A stretch of 61,158 bases of DNA, filler included, from 5 parts of 5 records of this genome joined end to end with filler, not necessarily neighbours in it; one strand, 5' to 3'; shown: positions 1 through 8,804, counted from the first letter of the whole stretch. Notes: generated by a model not told the origin, from the letters alone. Numbers and translations are program-made.

Positions 1-22
1 TCAATTCCGATCGTTGGCTCCA
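1..22 (+). tRNA. 3' end of a tRNA (T-loop, acceptor strand, CCA); att site
   Basis: TCAATTCCGAT-CGTTGGC-T-CCA; continues the fragment at 18858-18888. Confidence 0.8.
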
Positions 23-45
23 GTTAAATCGAGGGTTTACATCTT

Positions 46-1311
46 GTGGGTGTAAACCCTTTTCTTGTTTCTAGTGAATTGAGTACCAATTTGGTACCAG
101 TTCTGTGGGCCACATTTACCTTTTGGAGTTTGGGTTTTAAGAGTATCTCAGATTATTACATATTAATTTTTAGCCCTATGTTTTTTATGCTTAAAAGTTG
201 TCGTGAAAAAATCTCTGACTTTGCATCTATCATTGTAGGTCTGCCAAGCTTTATTCGTCTTGTTATGAATAGCGAACCTGAAGGTAAGGTTGAATTTGAA
301 AAGACTGCCAAAGTTGTGTGCAAGATCCTGATAGAATTTGATTCGCTTGAAAAAGCATATGCTCAAGCCCAAAAAAGATACGTTTTAAGGGCCATGACAA
401 GAATTAATACTTTAGCCAAGAAGACGCTTCTCACAGATGGGTTCATTTTCCACCTGATACTTTCTGAAAATAAAATGGTGAGCATCTATCCTAGTTTTGT
501 AACTGTTGAAGGACGTAATTACTATGAGCCGGCAATTAACGAATTCGCAAAAGACAGACTAGCACGCGGTAACTTTCCAAAGGAAATTTTTGTTTCTAAT
601 TCATTTTTGGGGGGCCGTAGTTTTTATGAGAAAAGGAGAGTGTTACTTTTTCGGCCTGTTCTTGAAGTTCTTATATGTACACAGCTTTTCTTGAATGAGT
701 ACAGAAAGGACCGAGTGGTTAAAAAGAAATTTGTCAACAAACTACTGACTTTTAGGAAGGCTTTGAATTCTTGTGCTTACTCTGGCCCCAGTTCACTAGA
801 GGATATTGTACATTTTTTTAATCGCAGAAGAGAAGTGCAAAGGCAGTCCAGTACTATTAGTACAGCACTTGCACATGATTTTTTTGGACAGAAGACAGAA
901 GATAGTGAGACTCCTTTGCAGGATGAACTTCTCGATTTTATAGATGAATTGCAAAGGGAACGTGCTGATTTCAATTTGATAAACATCTACTTGGCTATTG
1001 CCATTCATAATCTGCTTGAATCCACTCAGGCGCCTTTTGGCAAATATGATGAATTGTGGGAGTTGATGGGTAATCATTTTAAAAGAGATAATCCTTATCT
1101 AACCCGTATTCCCGGCGGGAATAAAGTCACAATATTTATAACTGGTGATGTTCTAAGTCATAAAGGTTTGTCGGATATTGTGTCTAAAGATAGTTCAATA
1201 CAAAAAGTATCTTTCAAAAAGAATAATGGTCCCATAATCAAGGCTATCCTGCCAAAAATAAAGGAATTCTGCGAAGATAAAAAGATCAAGAATATTCCTA
1301 TTATTCCCTAA
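46..1311 (+). CDS. Hypothetical protein (true start probably downstream of 46)
   Basis: 421-codon ORF, no recognised motif; the annotated 5' end overlaps the att arm repeat. Confidence 0.6.
   Translation: MGVNPFLVSSELSTNLVPVLWATFTFWSLGFKSISDYYILIFSPMFFMLKSCREKISDFASIIVGLPSFIRLVMNSEPEGKVEFEKTAKVVCKILIEFDSLEKAYAQAQKRYVLRAMTRINTLAKKTLLTDGFIFHLILSENKMVSIYPSFVTVEGRNYYEPAINEFAKDRLARGNFPKEIFVSNSFLGGRSFYEKRRVLLFRPVLEVLICTQLFLNEYRKDRVVKKKFVNKLLTFRKALNSCAYSGPSSLEDIVHFFNRRREVQRQSSTISTALAHDFFGQKTEDSETPLQDELLDFIDELQRERADFNLINIYLAIAIHNLLESTQAPFGKYDELWELMGNHFKRDNPYLTRIPGGNKVTIFITGDVLSHKGLSDIVSKDSSIQKVSFKKNNGPIIKAILPKIKEFCEDKKIKNIPIIP
82..102 (+). repeat. Putative integrase arm-type site (left), tandem GTACCAnTT units
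   Basis: AGTACCAATTTGGTACCAGTT matches 18724-18744 at 18/21 positions, same orientation. Confidence 0.55.
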
Positions 1312-1357
1312 TCCTTCAGCTACCTTCAGATTAACAAATAAATTTGGAGGTAGCCCA

Positions 1358-1597
1358 ATGGCACGACAAAAGTTAAAAAATTATTCTCAGCAGACAGTTT
1401 TCGAGAGCCTTCTTGAAACACTTCCTCCTCTTGTTCCCCGCAAGGATCTTCCCAAATATTTAGGTTCACTGATCAGCACTGGGCATATGGCGAATCTCGA
1501 TTCCGCCGGACTCGGACCGCAATCTATTAAGATAGGTGGCCGTGTTGTCTATACCCGGGAAAGTCTTGTGCAGTGGCTCGAAGCACGTAGTCAGTAG
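1358..1597 (+). CDS. Excisionase/AlpA-like winged-HTH DNA-binding protein
   Basis: GGAGG RBS; 79 aa ending GPQSIKIGGRVVYTRESLVQWLE, the typical Xis/AlpA C-terminus; directly upstream of the replicase. Confidence 0.7.
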   Translation: MARQKLKNYSQQTVFESLLETLPPLVPRKDLPKYLGSLISTGHMANLDSAGLGPQSIKIGGRVVYTRESLVQWLEARSQ

Positions 1598-1611
1598 AGG
1601 GTATAGATAAG

Positions 1612-3651
1612 ATGCTCCTTACTGATATTAACAGCCTAGACGTTGGCAAGGCGGTTTTGGAATATGCCGCTTTAGGTCTTTCCGTCTTCCCATGTTCAGG
1701 AAAGCGGCCTTGTGTTTCCGGTGGATTCAAGAGCGCGACTAACGACCTTAATCAAATCACCCAATGGTGGCAGCAATTCCCTCAGGCAAACATAGGCAGC
1801 CCGACGGGAGCGAACAGCTTTGTTCTGGATATTGATCCGCCGCACGGGGAAGAGTCGCTTGCTTTGCTTGAAAGCCAGAACTCACCACTACCCGAAACAC
1901 TGACCCAGCGAACGGGGAGCGGCGGAAGCCATCTATTCTTCATACAGCCTGCTGATGTTGAGATCCGCAACTCTGCCAGCAAGATCGGCAAGGGGCTCGA
2001 TGTCCGTGGAACTGGCGGTTATATCATCCTGCCGCCATCGGTTCATGTTTCGGGTAATTCCTACCAATGGATAACCGAATGTTCCCCGGCTGAAGCTCCT
2101 GCTTGGCTGGTTGAGCTTATTCTTAATGGCTCAGCGCCCAACTCACAGACAAACCAACCTACATACGTTCAATCTCTGCTGAAGGCCGAGAAAGGGACTC
2201 GCAACGATTCGCTAAACAAGGCTGCTTTTCAAGTCGGGAAGGATATTGCTTCAGGGAAGGCGGATGGCGGTAATGTTGAAGCTATTGCTAAAGCAGCTTT
2301 GCAAACAGGCTTGGGATCAAATGAAGTTCAACGGACTCTTCAGAGCGGAGTGCAGGCCGGGAAGAAAGCTGTTGAAGAGAGCAATCCATATTCAGGGCTT
2401 ACCACTTCAGCGTGGCCGATCCCGGACAAAGCGGTCTTTTACGGTTTTGCTGGTGAATTTGCCGAATTTGCGGTGGAAAAGTCTGAAGCTGATCCTATTG
2501 CCGTCCTCGCGACCTTTTTATGTCGGTTTGGCGTTGAGGTCGGGCAGTCTCCGCACATGTTTGCCGGAGAAAAGCAGTACAGCCGGATAAATGCCGTGCT
2601 GGTTGGGCAGAGCTCAAAAGCGCGCAAAGGCACTTCATCCATTCCTATTAGGGAACTGTTTGCCTTCAATGAAAAGGAATGGCTTACGGCGCAGACATCC
2701 CAAGGACCGCTTTCCAGTGGTGAAGGTTTAATACATGCCATACGTGACCCGGAGTTGAAATATCACGTGGATAAAAGCACCGGAGTCGGTGAGCAGATTA
2801 CAATGGACCCCGGAGTTGAGGACAAACGTCTTTTTATCCTTGATCAGGAATTTGCTGGGGCTCTGGCCTGTACAAAGCGGGAAGGCAACACGCTTTCAAC
2901 TATTGTCCGCACCTTATTTGATGGCGGTACCATCGAGCCGCTGACCAAAACAAGCAAGCTGGTGGCAACAGATCCGCATGTAGCCATTACCACCCATATT
3001 ACCTTGCAAGAGCTGCACGCCCGACTTGATCGGGTTGAGATTTTCAACGGCTTTGCAAACCGTTTCCTATGGCTCTGCGTCCGCAGAACAAAATTGATCC
3101 CCTTCCCGGAACCTTTGGATAGCCAGCAGGTGAAAGAGTTTCAAAAGAAGCTTCACTCATTGTTGGAGTCATCGAAAGTATGTTCTCAGATGGATTTTGA
3201 TCCTGAAGCCAAAAAGGAATGGGGAAAGATATATCCGTTGCTGGCGAAAGAGCGTGCTGATTTGCTTGGCTCAGTGCTGAACCGCTCCGAAGCTTATGTC
3301 CGGCGTATTGCGCTGATTTATGCCTTGCTTGATGGAAGTGACAGCGTTCGGCTCCCCCATTTGAAAGCGGCCCTTGCTCTTTGGGATTATTGCGAACAGT
3401 CAGCGCGATTCATTTTTGCCGGACTGGAAAGTGATTCGACCTGCCAGAAAATTATGGAAGCTTTGGAGGAGTCCGGTGGAAAGCTGGACACTTCAGGGCT
3501 GTATAAATTTTTCGGGAACCACATCTCAAAACGGAAAATGACCGTGGCTCTGAACAACCTCCTTGCCAGTAAAAATGTCCGAGTTGAGGAATTGAAGCCG
3601 CAAGGAGGAGGACGACCACGAAAAATATTTTATTTATGCGAAAAAAGCTAA
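1612..3651 (+). CDS. Bifunctional primase/polymerase (Prim-Pol) fused to a DUF3987/YfjI-like P-loop domain
   Basis: N-terminal VFPC..KRP, ANIG, VLDID, TGSGGSHLFF, DVRGTGGYIILPPSVH; C-terminal LVGQSSKARKGTS, SSGEGL, GFANRFL. Confidence 0.85.
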   Translation: MLLTDINSLDVGKAVLEYAALGLSVFPCSGKRPCVSGGFKSATNDLNQITQWWQQFPQANIGSPTGANSFVLDIDPPHGEESLALLESQNSPLPETLTQRTGSGGSHLFFIQPADVEIRNSASKIGKGLDVRGTGGYIILPPSVHVSGNSYQWITECSPAEAPAWLVELILNGSAPNSQTNQPTYVQSLLKAEKGTRNDSLNKAAFQVGKDIASGKADGGNVEAIAKAALQTGLGSNEVQRTLQSGVQAGKKAVEESNPYSGLTTSAWPIPDKAVFYGFAGEFAEFAVEKSEADPIAVLATFLCRFGVEVGQSPHMFAGEKQYSRINAVLVGQSSKARKGTSSIPIRELFAFNEKEWLTAQTSQGPLSSGEGLIHAIRDPELKYHVDKSTGVGEQITMDPGVEDKRLFILDQEFAGALACTKREGNTLSTIVRTLFDGGTIEPLTKTSKLVATDPHVAITTHITLQELHARLDRVEIFNGFANRFLWLCVRRTKLIPFPEPLDSQQVKEFQKKLHSLLESSKVCSQMDFDPEAKKEWGKIYPLLAKERADLLGSVLNRSEAYVRRIALIYALLDGSDSVRLPHLKAALALWDYCEQSARFIFAGLESDSTCQKIMEALEESGGKLDTSGLYKFFGNHISKRKMTVALNNLLASKNVRVEELKPQGGGRPRKIFYLCEKS

Positions 3652-3747
3652 TTTTGCGAATTTACTCAAAGTGCGTTGCGAGTAAGTTCGCAAAATTCGC
3701 ACACTTCATATTGAATTAGTAAGTTCGCAAAATTCGCGAAATTCGCG
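3647..3747. repeat. Iteron-like direct and inverted repeats, putative replication origin
   Basis: AGTAAGTTCGCAAAATTCGC at 3681-3700 and 3718-3737; 18/20 inverted copy at 3647-3666. Confidence 0.65.
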
Positions 3748-3860
3748 CTGAAAAAGAAAAAATGATTCAAACAACGCGGCCTATCAAAAACATAAGGAGG
3801 TGATGGGTAATGGCAATTTCGTCGCTGTTTCAAATTTATCTGAGTTGAAGCTTACACACC

Positions 3861-3960
3861 CAGATTATAGGAGATTTTTGGATACGATCAGTTATGATAG
3901 GAGATTTTTGATTATTATCGGTTATTATTGAAGATTCTCCTTAAATCTCACCAGAATAAC
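3861..3960. repeat. ~30-bp-period tandem repeat with inverted partial units
   Basis: ATAGGAGATTTTTG at 3867-3880 and 3897-3910; degenerate third unit near 3927. Confidence 0.6.
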
Positions 3961-3992
3961 CTAAAATAACGCATAGTCTCCCGGAGTTCGAA

Positions 3993-4040
3993 GGCAGGAC
4001 AGGTAAGGTGGGCCCACTTTTTCAAAGCGGTTGACCTTAC
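3993..4040 (-). other. Putative MOBP/IncP-type origin of transfer (oriT)
   Basis: GGCAGGACAGGTAAGGTGGGCCCAC resembles the recalled RP4 nic region GGCAGGATAGGTGAAGTAGGCCCAC (21/25) and runs into an imperfect inverted repeat GTAAGGT..CACTTT/AAAGCG..ACCTTAC. Confidence 0.65.
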
Positions 4041-4163
4041 GCCTTGCACAGCCTTGGGGCTGAGATGGACTTATTCACCTTCGGTTCAACGCAAATTGCT
4101 GGCAAAATTTAGAACTTCTGAATTTTGCGATGGTATTAACTGTAAACAAGATCGAGTGAAAGT

Positions 4164-4571
4164 ATGAATAGAAAAGTAAGTAAAAACAATGAACAGCCTA
4201 TCCTCAGTAAATTGAAAATCAAAAACGGTAATCCAATGGTTTCCTCTTTAGTCGTGGCTGAGTTGTTTCAACTGGAGCATAAGAGCGTCCTGCAAGCTAT
4301 CCGCTCTCTTGAAATTCCTGATGAATTTAACGAGCGCAATTTTGCGCCCGCATCAATTGAGGTTGAAAAGTCGAATGGAGAAAAAATTAAGGAGTCGTCC
4401 TGCTACATGACCCGTGACGGTTTCACTCTGCTCGCCATGGAAACTATCGGTAAGAAATCCATCGAGTGTACGATCAATTTTTTTGAAGCTTTCAACGACA
4501 TGGATGAGCGGCTGAAGAGGGAGCTAGCAAAAATGCAATTATACGTACGAAAAGGCTATCCAGTTCAGTGA
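4164..4571 (+). CDS. Rha family phage regulatory protein
   Basis: VSSLVVAELFQLEHKSVLQAIR, NFAP, YMTRDGFTLLAM, FFEAFNDM. Confidence 0.85.
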   Translation: MNRKVSKNNEQPILSKLKIKNGNPMVSSLVVAELFQLEHKSVLQAIRSLEIPDEFNERNFAPASIEVEKSNGEKIKESSCYMTRDGFTLLAMETIGKKSIECTINFFEAFNDMDERLKRELAKMQLYVRKGYPVQ

Positions 4572-4759
4572 CAATAGAAAGGGTGAACTTTAAGCTATTA
4601 GCATCAGGAGCCAACAAGCATCAGTGTGCAAATAGCAATCCAGAAGAAGAAAGAATGCAAATTCACGAAATGGGGCATCAACGCTTCTCCAAAGGGATAA
4701 AGTTGAAAATAGCCAAAACAAATAGGGGCCCGCCAGCCGTTTTGCTAACGAGGTAGATC

Positions 4760-4948
4760 ATGAACGAGTTAAGTCGGAGCTTATCTGAGACATTAAGCCG
4801 TTTAAGCGAAGAACAGCAGCAAAGGCTGAAAAATCAAGATCACAAGATAGCCAAGCAGAGAGAAAGGATTTCCGAGCTGGAACAGGAGGTCCAAGGTTGC
4901 CGGGATTTGCTGAGCGGATTGGAAGGTGTTTTGAGCGAGTTGGAGTAG
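4760..4948 (+). CDS. Small coiled-coil protein, possibly MbeD/MobD-like
   Basis: GAGG RBS; 62-aa heptad protein starting MNELSRSLSETLSRL; near the oriT-like site. Confidence 0.4.
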   Translation: MNELSRSLSETLSRLSEEQQQRLKNQDHKIAKQRERISELEQEVQGCRDLLSGLEGVLSELE

Positions 4949-5307
4949 TTGTCCGGGCGTTTTCGCGGCGGGCGGTGAAGAGCCGTAGAAGGTTTATTAA
5001 TAAGGTAGATGTTGAGCAAATGATATGAGAAATTAATATGTTTTAGGTGTCTGGAAGTATGGTGGAAGATGCAATAAGAATCGGAAGTCTAGATATTTAT
5101 ATATTCTCCATGTGTGCAGGTGCTTTGCTCGTGTTGACAGCATATGATTGTGAATGTATTTTTTATAATATAGTTGGATTGAAGGCGTTCTCAAAATATT
5201 TATCTTACCAGTAAAATGGATGTTAGATATAAATATGTTGCTGAAGGTCTTATTGGATCTGCCGTTAGCAGGAAACGTAACGGCAGCCTAAAATCCATAA
5301 GGAGGTT

Positions 5308-6714
5308 GTGGTGTCAAAAGTATTTGTTGTTATGCCTTACAGTGATCCTTATGAAGAGATCTATTCCAAAATTTTACGCCCAATTTTGATTGATGCAGGT
5401 ATGACAGTAGTCCGGGGGGATGATATAAAAGCTTCATCTGATATCCGTAAAGATGTAGAAGAAGGTATTAGTGAAGCTGATTTGGTTGTGATTGAGGTCT
5501 CGGAACATAATCCAAATGTGTACTTCGAATTTGGTCTGGCTGCAGCTGAAGGTAAAGAGTTGCTTATAGTTGCGGAAGAAGGTTCCAAATTACCTTTTGA
5601 TACAAGGCGGTGGCGACATCTTTTTTATGACAGATCGAATTTCGATTTATTTGAGGATGAGTTTACTTTATGGCTAGAACAAACGTCTGCTTATCGGGGG
5701 CATGAACAAAAGGCTTCAATCAAAACTCTTGACCGTGGAAATCTCCTTTCGGACATTGTTGATGCTGCATTTTATATTGATGGTTCAGATTTTGACTGTG
5801 TGGACACTCAAATATGGAGAGATGTGCGTTCTGGGACGTTATTGCCCTGCTGGTACTCTTATTATACAGACGTAGGAACAGGAACATGGCTTAAGCTTTG
5901 CCAAGATCCTTTGTACACTGCAATCCGTGAATCTGTGAGTACTCTCACTACTAATGTAGATCGTATAATTGAAGCCATAGGTTCCAGCTTCATTTCGAAT
6001 CCTCCTGATTTTATCAGCCTTGGTCCGGGTAATGGTCAAAAGGATCGGGTGCTTCTTAAAGGGATTGCAAATAAATTAGTTAGTACAGGTTCTGATTTAG
6101 ACCTTTATTATTATCCTGTAGATATTAATACTCGTATGTTGTCTGCAGCAACAAGAGCTGTGTGCGAAGATCCTGATTTATCGGACAGGCTCAAAGTAAA
6201 AGTTGTAAAAGGTAACTTTGAGGATATTGCAGTCTTTCGTCCCGTTTTCGATTATCGTAATGCACCAAATATTTTTTCCTTTCTTGGAAATACGTTGGGT
6301 AATGTCTCTAACGAAATAAATTTGTTAAAGAATATTAAAAATGCGATGCAGCCAGAGGATGTTTTGTTGCTAGAGCTGCGGTCGAATACTGCAGAGACGA
6401 AGCTAGGCAGGGATCATTTCAGTCTTATTTTTGCACCTCTTCAACGGTTAGGCGTGACATATGATCAAAATAAGTTTGAGGTAAGACAGCTTGGCTCATT
6501 TAGTCAGGTTCCAGGTACAACGACAACGTCTGTTCATTATGTTAACGCAGAAATTAGGGGGGAGTCTATTGGGGAGGTGACACTTAGTTGTGTTAATTTT
6601 TATGATCGGGAGTCGATGAGACAAGTGTTAGAGGCGCCGCCATTATCTTTTTCAGTTATTGATGTAATTGACTCAAAAAAACTAGTGACTTTTATTCTTA
6701 AGAACAGCTTGTAG
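5308..6714 (+). CDS. Nucleoside 2-deoxyribosyltransferase (NDT)-like domain fused to an EgtD-like SAM methyltransferase domain
   Basis: N-term VFVVMPY..ADLVVIEVSEHNPNVYFEFGLA..LPFD; C-term LPCWYSYYTDVG, ISLGPGNGQKDRVLL, YYPVDIN, FLGNTLGN. Confidence 0.75.
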   Translation: MVSKVFVVMPYSDPYEEIYSKILRPILIDAGMTVVRGDDIKASSDIRKDVEEGISEADLVVIEVSEHNPNVYFEFGLAAAEGKELLIVAEEGSKLPFDTRRWRHLFYDRSNFDLFEDEFTLWLEQTSAYRGHEQKASIKTLDRGNLLSDIVDAAFYIDGSDFDCVDTQIWRDVRSGTLLPCWYSYYTDVGTGTWLKLCQDPLYTAIRESVSTLTTNVDRIIEAIGSSFISNPPDFISLGPGNGQKDRVLLKGIANKLVSTGSDLDLYYYPVDINTRMLSAATRAVCEDPDLSDRLKVKVVKGNFEDIAVFRPVFDYRNAPNIFSFLGNTLGNVSNEINLLKNIKNAMQPEDVLLLELRSNTAETKLGRDHFSLIFAPLQRLGVTYDQNKFEVRQLGSFSQVPGTTTTSVHYVNAEIRGESIGEVTLSCVNFYDRESMRQVLEAPPLSFSVIDVIDSKKLVTFILKNSL

Positions 6715-6823
6715 GTATTAATTTTGTTGCTTTGAGTAGTCACTAGGGTATGCGAAGAAGGTATAAGCATAGTGTGTATTGCTATGTTACTTAGATAATA
6801 GAAATATGGTCAATTTTAAATTT

Positions 6824-7753
6824 TTATCTTCCGAAACTATAAGGGTGGAGCTCTTTTTTCTCGCATTCTATGTCATGGTGCATGGATAGAAGTGTTGGAA
6901 TCAACCTTTTGTTAATTTGAACTTCGAAGTCTTTTGCAACTTTAGTATGAAAATGAAGAGCTCTTGTTATTATTCTTGAAGCTTCTTTTGCTTGCCCTGA
7001 GCTATATATTATTGCTGCTAGGAGCATGTGACTATTAAGACATTCAACAGGATAAATGTATGATTTACTATTTGCGCAATCTTGTAAATATGGTAATGCT
7101 TCATTGTTTTGTTTACATGAATATAAAGTCATTCCCAGAAACCATTTGTAACGATAGTTTTTAGGTTCCATTTTAATTAGTTCAGATAAATGTTTAATAT
7201 AGCGCTTTTGTTTGTCCTTCCGTTTTCGGTGTTCAGGAAAATGTTGGATTACTGCGTTGCATTGAGTTGCCTGTCCGCCAAGGTCTCGTATTGACCTAGT
7301 AACATTTGGGTGTCGCGCCCCTTGAAATCGTATCATTGGATGACGTTTGAACAGGTGTAGTTTGTAGTCATGAATTACTTGTTCTGCAGTATGTGTGATC
7401 CAGTGCAGGAAATACCCCGTTTGTTTCTTTGTTGATTCTATGGTTTCTCTCATTCTAATTACATCTCTTTCTGAGAGAACCTCATCTCCATCTAGAACAC
7501 ATATGTAATCGGTCTTGGCTAAGCCGATGTTGTAATTGCGTGCTTCAAGGATACTAAATGAGTTGCTAGGGTAGACTGGATAATATGACGGTTCTATTTC
7601 ATATTCTTCACGAAGAATATTAACTGTTTCATCATCAGAACCAGTGTCTGTGATTTCAATTTCGTCGAAAAATTTAAAAGTTTTTGCCAGACAGCTACGC
7701 ATAGTTTGAGCTTCATTTTTTACAACTGCGCAGAGTGTTATTGATGGGCGCAT
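6824..7753 (-). CDS. GT2 glycosyltransferase with C-terminal TPR-like helices
   Basis: ITLCAVVKNE, DTGSDDET, ARN, VLDGDE (DXD); helical RYKWFLGMTLY..EALPYL. Confidence 0.85.
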   Translation of the reverse strand: MRPSITLCAVVKNEAQTMRSCLAKTFKFFDEIEITDTGSDDETVNILREEYEIEPSYYPVYPSNSFSILEARNYNIGLAKTDYICVLDGDEVLSERDVIRMRETIESTKKQTGYFLHWITHTAEQVIHDYKLHLFKRHPMIRFQGARHPNVTRSIRDLGGQATQCNAVIQHFPEHRKRKDKQKRYIKHLSELIKMEPKNYRYKWFLGMTLYSCKQNNEALPYLQDCANSKSYIYPVECLNSHMLLAAIIYSSGQAKEASRIITRALHFHTKVAKDFEVQINKRLIPTLLSMHHDIECEKKELHPYSFGR

Positions 7754-8135
7754 GCTCTACCTCTTAGTCTTTCCTGCTTTTTTACTCCGTTTCTGTATAC
7801 GAATGTGGACAAATATAGTTGTTGCTAACCAATGATTATTGTCCGGCGATTATTTATATTCAACTTATTTGTGGTGCTATCAGGAACGTGGACAATTGTT
7901 AATGTGTATATTTAGTTCAAGATGTGAGATACTTATTAAAATTGCGCACGATTCACATCAATTCTCATTTGTTAATTTGAGGTATAGTTTGTTGGAAATA
8001 GAGAGTGCAAAAGGTGTCGTCATAAGAAGATATTCATCAAGGCAGAAGAACTAAGCTTTGACGAGCCTGCAGGGGGTAAGTATAGCTCTGTTGTTGTTCA
8101 TAATTCTAGTGGTTAGATTTGTAGCGGAGGAAATA

Positions 8136-8780
8136 ATGTCTTTTTGGAACTCTAAGACAATAATACGTCGTTCGTTTAATGAAAAATTGATAGATCCGTT
8201 TTTAGCAGATAATGTAAAATACTGTGCTTATGAAATGCGTCTCGGAAATGAATATTTTGCTACAGGTAATAACAAAAAGGTAAAACAGCAAGTTTATTGG
8301 AATCAGCAGATTACGATTGACCCAGGGCAGTTCGCACTTCTATTGACTCGTGAAAAGGTTAAAGTTCCAGAAGATTCTTTAGGTATGATTTCCATAAAAG
8401 CAAAAATCAAATTTAAGGGATTAATCAATGTGTCCGGTTTTCATGTTGATCCTGGTTTTGAAGGCAAGGTCTTGTTCTCTGTATATAACGCAGGCAGTCA
8501 GTCTATAGTACTAACGAGAGATGAACCATATTTTCTTCTTTGGTTTTGTGCTCTTGATTCACCTACAGATGATTTGTATGACGGGAAAAATAATGGTCAC
8601 GGTATAACGGATGAATATGTTACTGCAATCCAGGGCCACGTTGCCTCCCCAGCAGAGTTGAATGCCCGTGTAAAATCACTTGAATATAAAATCAAGATAG
8701 GAGCTTGGCTCGGCGGAGCTGTCTGCACATTATTAATAACAATAATTGGCGCACTTATTAGCGGGATTGTATCTAAATAA
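8136..8780 (+). CDS. dCTP deaminase/trimeric dUTPase-fold protein with degenerate active site and C-terminal TM helix
   Basis: GGAGG RBS before ATG 8136; AYEMRLG, IDPGQFALLLTREKV, VDPGFEG..YNAG; hydrophobic tail IGAWLGGAVCTLLITIIGALISGIV. Confidence 0.8.
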   Translation: MSFWNSKTIIRRSFNEKLIDPFLADNVKYCAYEMRLGNEYFATGNNKKVKQQVYWNQQITIDPGQFALLLTREKVKVPEDSLGMISIKAKIKFKGLINVSGFHVDPGFEGKVLFSVYNAGSQSIVLTRDEPYFLLWFCALDSPTDDLYDGKNNGHGITDEYVTAIQGHVASPAELNARVKSLEYKIKIGAWLGGAVCTLLITIIGALISGIVSK

Positions 8781-8804
8781 TGTCTGCCGTGTCTTAATAT
8801 TCTT

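Noticed and set aside
7839-8135. ORF 7839-8054 and the 26-codon extension from 8058
   Set aside because: TTG starts without an RBS in a divergent promoter region; a clear GGAGG precedes ATG 8136
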